From Candidatus Omnitrophota bacterium (GTDB lineage Bacteria > Omnitrophota > Gorgyraeia > Zapsychrales > Zapsychraceae): a DNA stretch of 64,000 nt. The translations under genes were made by a program, and so were the position numbers. The notes below the pieces were generated by a model. It was not told the origin of the DNA. It saw only the letters and a program-made list of their open reading frames with translations, and made no database searches. Of this stretch, positions 20,601-29,600 are shown piece after piece; the first letter of the stretch is position 1, and every line of letters begins with the position of its first letter. The stretch spans positions 6,539-70,538 of the forward strand of contig JAIORP010000012.1 in NCBI GenBank assembly GCA_021108075.1. The letters are read 5' to 3'.

Positions 20601-23600
20601 ATGTGAGTCTGTATTATCAGACGCCATGGATTGTGCGCTGGACGCGTGATTGGTTAAGGAGCCAAGAACGAGGCAAGCAAAGAGGGGAACAGCTCGGGAA
20701 TGCGGCACGTTTTTATGACCGTTTGAATGTGGAGGAAACGATTTCCTTACAGACAAAACCTCAGGTCGTTCGCGATATTAAAATTATGGGTGTCACGGAA
20801 GCTATCGCGTATTTGTTGCACGCGTCGCCTGAAAAATTATTTGTGCATGAAGCGTATCTTCGGCAATTAGGTCTGGACCTGAATACAATTCGTGAGTGGC
20901 AACGGGAATATCTTGTTAAGCCGGAGCTGCTGAGTCTTTTTAATGAATTTAGAGAGAAAACGGAATTTGTACGGACATATGACGGCCATGATGAGTATTC
21001 GATCGGAGATTTCATTTTCAACGTGAAGAGCGGACAGAGCGCGTTATCTCAGGCTGAGATTCTTCATCATGACCGGCTTCAGGACCGGTTAAGGGGGATT
21101 TGGGGCGGCAGCACGATTATTCATTTGGATCAGCTGGGTGATGTTGTTGTCGACGGGGATAAAAAAAGGTTCGGTTATGTTTCCGTCTGGAATAAAGGCG
21201 AGCTGGTCGGAGAACGTTTGAAGGCGCTGGCTCAAAGAACGGATCCAGACAGTTTGACTGAAGCGCAAATTCTGATCGATCAATTTGTAGAGCAAGAGCA
21301 GCAACTGCACCTGAGAGGGGTTGTCGATAAAAATCCTGATATTATGACGAATCGCCGGATTTTGCCGATGGATAATCAGATGAAAGTGATGGTCGCGAGT
21401 CCGGCCGCCCAGTTGACGATTTGGGAGAATGCGTTATCTGTGTACCAGTCCCGATATGCCTCACGCCGGGCGGATGAGAATATATATTTATCTCCTCAGA
21501 TTTTACAAAGCATTCCAGAGGCGTTCAGGCCCTATTATGAACAAAAAGTAACGGAACAATTGTTGCCTTCTGCCGGACAGACAAAAGAAGACGCTTTTCA
21601 GCAATTTTACAATAATGTCTTTGAACTCGCCTTACATGTCGCGGATCGATCTCCCTTCGGAGACCTGATAAAATTTGGTTTAGTCCGTAATGAACAGGCG
21701 CATTTGATTGTTGAGAATTTGAAGAATACAGACGTGGAACATCCGGCCCTATTTGAACGCCGACTGAATCATATCCGGTTTATTTTTACACGGGCCCTCA
21801 TCGATCAGACCCGTCGTGATTATTTTGATTACGTCAATACGTCAAAAGGAAATCCGCTGCTTGCCTGGACCATGCTTTTTGTTGATTCATACCCGGAAGT
21901 TTATAATAAATTTAATTTGCTCATTAAAATTTTTCTGAACGAATTGATGGAAAATGCGGGATTGTTACAGTCCTTCCCCTCGAATGAAGAACTCTGGCAG
22001 TACATTTCAGCACGGTATCAAGAGACTTATTCTGTTAGAGGGTTAGCGACTCCCGGGTTAAGTGCATATGTGCGGCGTTCTTTTGAATATTTTATCGATA
22101 TCGCCCGTCAAATGCCGTTAAGCTGGGACTTGATACAAGAACGGCCAGCGGTCACCGGTGATTTGGCCTCAGATCCATACGAGTTTTCCCTAACATCTTA
22201 TGCCAATGAAACGCAAGGGTATCCCGATATGATGGGGGTACAAGTTTTAGATGAGCGTGAGTTTGGTCGTCTCAGGACCTATATGGATCAACCGCGTAAA
22301 GCGGTCTTGACAGACCTCGACGGCACAGCAACACTCGTTGATCAGAAATCAGGTCGAGTTAGTGAAAGCGTAAAAGAATCGCATAAGGCCAATATTCAAC
22401 GCTTTGCTGAGCTGGTCACTGATGGCGTCTTAGTTGTTCCGACCACAAACCGCCGGGAGTCAAAAGCGGTTGCTTACGCTGAAGAAATTGATCAGGTCAT
22501 CCAGCAGACTCCCGGGTATCGGTATCGTCAAGATTCTAGGACGGGCGGATCGTTTTTATTGTTTTGGGCCTCTGGGATGAATGGCATGGATGTTGGTCAG
22601 AATAAATTATTAGATGATTTTCAGTTAAAATTTAATCCGCAACAACAGGAAGAGGTCGTTCAATCCTTGCTGAAGGATCAGGTTATCGCGTCACGCGCCA
22701 CAAGACATGTTGAGATCCTTGATGGAAAAATTAATGTTTATTATTCAGGTGGTACGCGCGTAAGCCGGGCAGGTTTTTTAGATGCTATCCGGGGTGTTTT
22801 AGATGGTTTGAATACCCTGGTCCGTCAAGACGGTTTTGCCCCAAAGGGCGAATATTCTTTGCTGCGGGTTGTCGACGGGGGAGAAAATGTCATCTCGATA
22901 CTGCCGCAGGACGCTAATAAGGCCCGGCCAAAGAATTATATTCAAAATCGTTATGCTATATCTGAAGATGAAACATTGATCCTTGTTGACCAACCGCAAC
23001 AAGGACGGGCGGACAATGACCTTGTCCGTTTGTCAGGTATTCATGTTGGGGATGATATCGATGATTTACCAGAAGGAGTTATCAGCACCAAGAAAGCAAT
23101 CGGCCTGGTTGGTCCGCAGGCGGTTCAATGGCTGCTAACAAACACAGAATTTTCTTCTCCTTTTATTGAAGAAGAAACCTTCCGCTCGATACTGGCAAAG
23201 AATATCCCACCGACACGGAATGTCGTCATTGAAAAGGTCGGAAACTTGCGTTTGGTGAGAACTCCCTGGCGCAAAAGACGTGTTAATCCGACAACCCCTT
23301 TTAGCGCGGTTGTTCTTCCCTTTGATCCTGGCCTTTTTAATTTTCGGAACGAAAACATTGATGAAAGCGATATCTTTTTCGAAGGCATTATCGAAGGGCA
23401 GGAAACAACGTTATTGTTGCAAAAGTCTCCCTTTGCCCCCGATCATTTTCTTGTAATTCCTGAGCGTGATCTTGAGCGTCCGCAGGTATTGCAGCCAAAG
23501 GACATCGCTTTTGGTGCCCGGTTTGTCCGTTCGCAAGCTTTGCCGCATTTGCGTTTGGGGTTTACAAGTTTAAAAGGCGGCGCATCTATTAATCAGCTGC

Positions 23601-26600
23601 ATATGCAGGCCTTCACGACGATCGAAGACCTTTCCGCGTTAGAATTGGTTCCTAAAAAAGAGGAGTACCGTATTCAAGGCGTCAGTGTGAATGTATTGGA
23701 AACAATGGAGGACTATCATTATAACGGCCTGATGTTCCATTCAGAGAACATTGAAGACCTTTCTGTTGTTGTTTATCGATACATCGAAATATTGAACCGG
23801 TTTGATATCCCCTATACCGTTAATTGGACCCAGGTCGGGGTGTATGTTATGCCGGTAAGAAGTTCCGTCGGGATACAAGGACGATTGGGTTTTTATGAAC
23901 ATATGGGTTTTGTTATTTCTAAAGATGTCAGCGAAAGCCGAGAGCAGGCTGTCGCAAAGTATGCTGATGAAATGCAATCAGCATCTCTGAACGATGCGGA
24001 CTTTATCCTAACGCATCAGTTTACCTTCTCGACCGAAGAGATTGAAGCTGCATCATTGAGGGAATTATCTTCCCGGTTAAATGAAGGAACGGACCGTCCG
24101 TCTGACGCGGCGATGTTGGGTGGCAGGGATGACAGGAATGAAGAGCGGCTTAATCTGGAGGCGTTAGAAAAGATAAATCTGCAAGCCTACGGGCCCGGGG
24201 GGCGCCATGGACTGATTGACCTGGAAAAATCTTACAATGATTCGCGTGTTTTTATGAGTTATATTTTCGGGTTAGCCGGGGCCGGGATGGTTGGTCTTCC
24301 GACAGCACTAATGACTCAGGACATCTATTCGTCCGCGACGGGGGCGCTCGTTGGTGCCGGGGTCGCGATCGCGACATATGTAAAATTATTTCCACAATCA
24401 AAATATAAAAATATTGAAGAGGGTATCCAGGCGTTGGAGAAAGCGCGTACTCAAGAGGAGATCCAGTCTGCGCGAGGTTTATTTATCGATGGAATGGCAG
24501 GCACAGATTCAGTATTGCTTCATCGTTTGGGCTTAACAGGTTTGGAAACATCGGAAAAATTATTTGCTAAAATGATGGGCGCAGAACAAACAGAGCTTGT
24601 TCTTCCTTCTGATATCCAACCCATCCAGGCTGATCAGATCAGGCAATTAGAAATAAATATGGGACTGGCTGGACTGGCTGATTTGTTAAAGATTGTTGTT
24701 CATGAAAAATTCGCGTACTTTTCCGTTGTTCCATCAATTCCGACCGATGAGCAACGGAAGTCATTAAGGGCCGCGATATCAGACCCTGATGTGATCAGGC
24801 GGCTTTTTAAAAACGTATCTGATGATAGCAATACGATAGAACGCCTGCAAGAAAGGGTATGGCACGGGATCTTTGATCTGTTGTACCGGCAGGATGGAGA
24901 CTCTATATTCTCTCCGGAGTATTTAGAGCTTTACAGGGATAATGAGATTTTTATGGAACAGGGGGTTTTGCGGGAGCTTGCCAATGATCAAGAACGCTCT
25001 CAGGAAGATTATCTGGTTGACGCGGTGAAATCAGAAATTAAAGCGGACAAACAGTATAAAATTCTTGTTTTCGCGACTGGCTCGGGAGCACTGATTAATA
25101 ATTTGTTGCAACAAATTTCAAATATTGGTGAGATCGTTGAATATGACCGTAGCGCTACTTCCAATGAAACGGCTGATCGCAAACGCAGAGAATTGTTGCC
25201 GCCCGATTTATATAATAAAGTTCGGCAGATTACAGCTGATGTTAGAGATTTTAAATCTGAGCTGAATGGCGAAGAGTTTGATTTTATTATTTCCACGGCA
25301 TCATTGCGCCTGATGAGTTCCGAAGCCCGGGAAAGCATATTAGAATTTTTGCAGGAAAAAGCAGGGTTGCGCAAGGGGGGATCGTTTATCTATATGGATA
25401 CCAGGGAGCATTCAGAAATCATGGGGCAGGCGGTCGACCAGATGCGGACGTCCGGTTTTAATGTGAGCGTTGATGATAAGTTTTTCGCGGGCCACAGAGA
25501 CGCGATGTTTTATATTTTTGTGCATCAATACCGAAAGAATCAAATCTTTAGAAATTTTATTGATCAGTTAATGAGCTTAAAGCGTAAAGATAATTTATAC
25601 AATTTTCTTTATGAGATGGCCGGTCACAGGAGAATCAAATTCGAATTATTAAAGGCGACGCAAACATCTGAGAGTTTGAGGAAAAAGAATTTTGAATCAA
25701 TGGTGAATCGATTTTCTGACGCCACAAAACAGATGTTTGGTTCTGTGTTTGAAGATGCACGGGTGACAGTCCAAAAGGGACCCAGTTCACGAATCACAAT
25801 CCGTTTATTTGAAAAGGATCCAGATGTTGATTATTTAGACAGCTATGATATCAGCGTCGATACCGCGCTGGGCCAGGTGTATGCGGTCACTCTTTATGAT
25901 GGGCGGAGTATCGGGAAAAACACTTTAATTGTTGGACGCGCGGTCTTGCAGGATCCAACAGTGGATAGAGTCATTCTGACGCAGCATGTGTTGTCTTCAA
26001 AATATGGATATGATGAAGCGTTAAAGGAATTGAAGTCCGTGTTATCTGAAATATTGCCTGAGGGGATGTTAAATTTTGATGAATCGGAAACATTGGATCG
26101 TTTAGCGACACATGCCGCGGGGTTAACAAAGAGTGATATGTCGGAGGCTATTAACGCCATTCCGGTCGATGCGGAAAATTACGAAGATATGATCATTGAA
26201 GCGTTTCGTTCATATTCTCGAACAGTCTATCCTTCACAAGAGCGTTTGCCTTTCCGGGGAGCGGCAAAGATTTTTCGAGAGAATGCCTCGATGGCGATGC
26301 GTTTGGCCGGCGAAGAGGGTTATTCATCAATTAGCGGACTCGTTTCTTTACCTGATGGTTTTCAAAATTTAGCGTTATATCAGAGGCTTGGTTTTAATCC
26401 GATAATCCCGGAAGGAAGAAGCGATTATTTTGGACAGGTGCAAGCAGCGTTAACAGATAAGAGCGCGGGCGCGACCTTAAAGGAAAAGGCCTGGTATTTG
26501 TCGCAACGTCTGGAGCAATTGATATTACTCGTTCAAAAAGATATTCCTGATCAAGACGCGGCGATGTTGGGCAAAATCAATCGTTATCAACTTAAAAATG

Positions 26601-29600
26601 GGGCAACGGTTTTAGGCCCGTTATCTGAGGACGCGTTTAATCAGATGGCAGGCGAAGACGCGTTTTTTCTTGTCAGAGATAAGGAAAAAGGAGTCTATGC
26701 TCAAAAGACAACCCCCGAGGAGCAGGGTTATAGTGTTGTTGCAACGGAATTTAGTGAGATCGAAACAATTTTTAAGGATGCCGGTGTGGATATGGTCACT
26801 CATATTTTGTCGACGTTATGGGAGAATCCAGATCGTGAAGTCGTCGTGTTAGCTGATGGAGTTGGCCGGGGAGTGGAATTGCAGGGACTTGTTGAAAAAT
26901 TAAAGAAAGAGGTAGAGGCTTTCGGCCTTGATATATCAAAAATCAAAATTTATGGTCTTTCAGACATGTATTTTCAGGACTGGCAGGACGCAGACCCGAT
27001 GATCAATTTTATTCTTGATGATCGAGAGAACTTGCCGGACTATTTCTCGAGAAGGCAAATTGACGTGATGATGAGTTATAAGGGCATTTCTCATATCGGT
27101 CAGCAAGCGGAATATATCAATCATATGAGAATGATGAAGCCGCACTTTAAATACAACGCCTTAATTGTCCATGATTTTTATTTTGGGAATTTAGACGCCG
27201 TTGAATCGATGCTGGAGCGGAATGGTTTTTCGGTTAAGAGGGAACGGTTGCCGGGTATGACGGAGTTATTTGTTCTGCGACCGGTCGATTTTAATAAAGA
27301 TGCGCCTGCCGATGTATCAGAAAACACGAATAGGGAGGTTAAAACGGTGCCGTATCAACAGGCGGAGTTTTTTGAACTCACGCCTGATTACAAACTAGCA
27401 GGAACATACACCACCCGAAAGGGAGAAGAATTCAATATTTATTTTAAAGATAATGATTTTGTGTTGATGAACGTTGAAGGGCAGTTTATCGGTAAGGTTG
27501 TATTTGATTTTACGGAAGAGGGTGTCGCGGAAATTGATTTAGTGCGCGTTTCAGAGTATGTTCAGGGGGAAGGATATCTGTATGATTTGATTGATGCTAT
27601 ATCTTTTTATTTAGGACAATTGGGAGCCGAAAGTATTGTCGTTACGGAAATTTATAATCCATTTTTGTCCTATGTTTTGACAAAAGAATATGGATTTCAT
27701 CCTGAGATTAAAGAGGGTGATGAACGCAAACAATTGATTATTGGTTCACGAGAGCCAGGTGAGAGACTGCCCGTTTATCTTTCCGGAGAAGGCGCTAAGA
27801 AAGTTTTCTCGCCGGGCTCAGGGTATGATGTTCTATTAGAAAAGTTAGATATCCTTGATACCCCTCCCGATGATGGCGTTGTCAGCTATGTGTTTGTTGA
27901 TTATGTTAAGGACGTTAATAACGCGCGATACCAACAGCAAATAAGTTCTGTCAAAAACAGGATGGCGATTGATGGAGAAATTCTTGAGCAAAGGAAGAAC
28001 GAATATCAAACAAAATTTCAGCGACGAGGAACAGACGACATGTCAGAAGATCACCGCGATCAAGCGATGTTGATAACCTATACGGAAAAAGAGTGGCAGC
28101 AAATAGACCAGACGTATCAAATTTTGCAGCAGTTGGCGCAGGTGGTTGATACTCAGATGGAACAGAGTGGTATGGTTGAAATTTTTGATGTCTTCCGTCA
28201 ATGGCTCAATCAAGGACCGCGGGATGCTTTGGCCCAAATCGAATTGATTGAGGACCCTCAGGAACAACAGGAAGCTTACCAGAAATTAAGCGCTGCCCTA
28301 TCACGTTTTGTTCATGAATTTGAGACAACATATGATCATGTATCGAAAAGATGGGGGCAGGAAATCGCGGGCGTTAACGGCCGGTCCTTTGTTCAATTTG
28401 ATACGGATGGGAAGGTCCTTTCTTATCCATGGTTTGATTTGACGTATGACCTGAATGACAAGTTGGATAAACTGGCCACCTTTATTCTTGGCTGGGGGAA
28501 GCTTTTGGTTACGGATGGCGCTGTTGCCAAAGATAATTTTTTGCTTTTGGTCAACAAATTGGAATCTACGTACCGCATATGGGATGGTTACCGGCAATAT
28601 TTGCGCCATGTTGCGGATCCGCTGTCAATTCAAGATAGTCAGATCGCGGATAATCAAGAAGAAAGAACACAGCCGCGTTTGGGTTATGATGAGTTTTTAT
28701 TGCCGTACCGCAATGCGTTATTAGCGCGCGATGCGGACCAGGATACTTTGGAGCAACCGCGTGAAGAATATGTTGCCCTGGTGGATGCGCAGGGGAATTT
28801 TTTGCGGGCTGTTCCACGTTCTGAGCGTAAAAATAAGGCGCCGGATGAATTTACTCAGGGTGCTGTTATTATTGTTGTCGATGAGGATGGGAATGTTTTG
28901 ATGCAGCAGCGATCAGAAGGGAAGATGGAAGGGCACGAAACCTTTGGCCCCATGGATTGGACCATCGGGGGGCATCGTTCTGATGAGGATGCCGACATTG
29001 AAGCCGCTGCTTTGCGCGAAGGCAATGAAGAGGCCGGGGGCATTATCAATTTTAAGAAATCAAATCTGGTGCAGATCGATCAGCGTCCTGTTAATCCGGA
29101 CACGGATGGCCGCTGGGTGCGCTCAACGTTCATTTATGTGGTCAGTGCAACAGAGAAGAACAATATTCAGGAACAGATGATCGAGGGCTGGCAAGGGAAT
29201 GACGAAGTTGACGGCTGGGAGTGGTGGGGGCAAGATGATTTTACAACAGAGGCAAAAACGAGCCAGAAATGGTCAACCGTGATTGATCTGTTAAGAGACA
29301 TTCCTGATTTTCCGGCGATGGTAGAAACGGCTGTTGTGGGTGTTACGCAGCGTCGCCGAGATAGCACGGTTCGAGACGGGGCAGCACTGACAACCTATAC
29401 GGAAAAAGAGTGGCAGCAAATCGACCGGACCTACCAGACGCTGCAGGAGATCGCCTTAAGCGTTCAGGGGAAATTGCAGGAAACAGGTATGACCACTCTC
29501 TTTCTACGCATCGACCAGTTCCTGGTCCAGGAGGACCCACGGCTGATGTTTGAACAATTACAAGACTTACCGAGCAAAGAGGCTCAAGATCGGGTTTATG

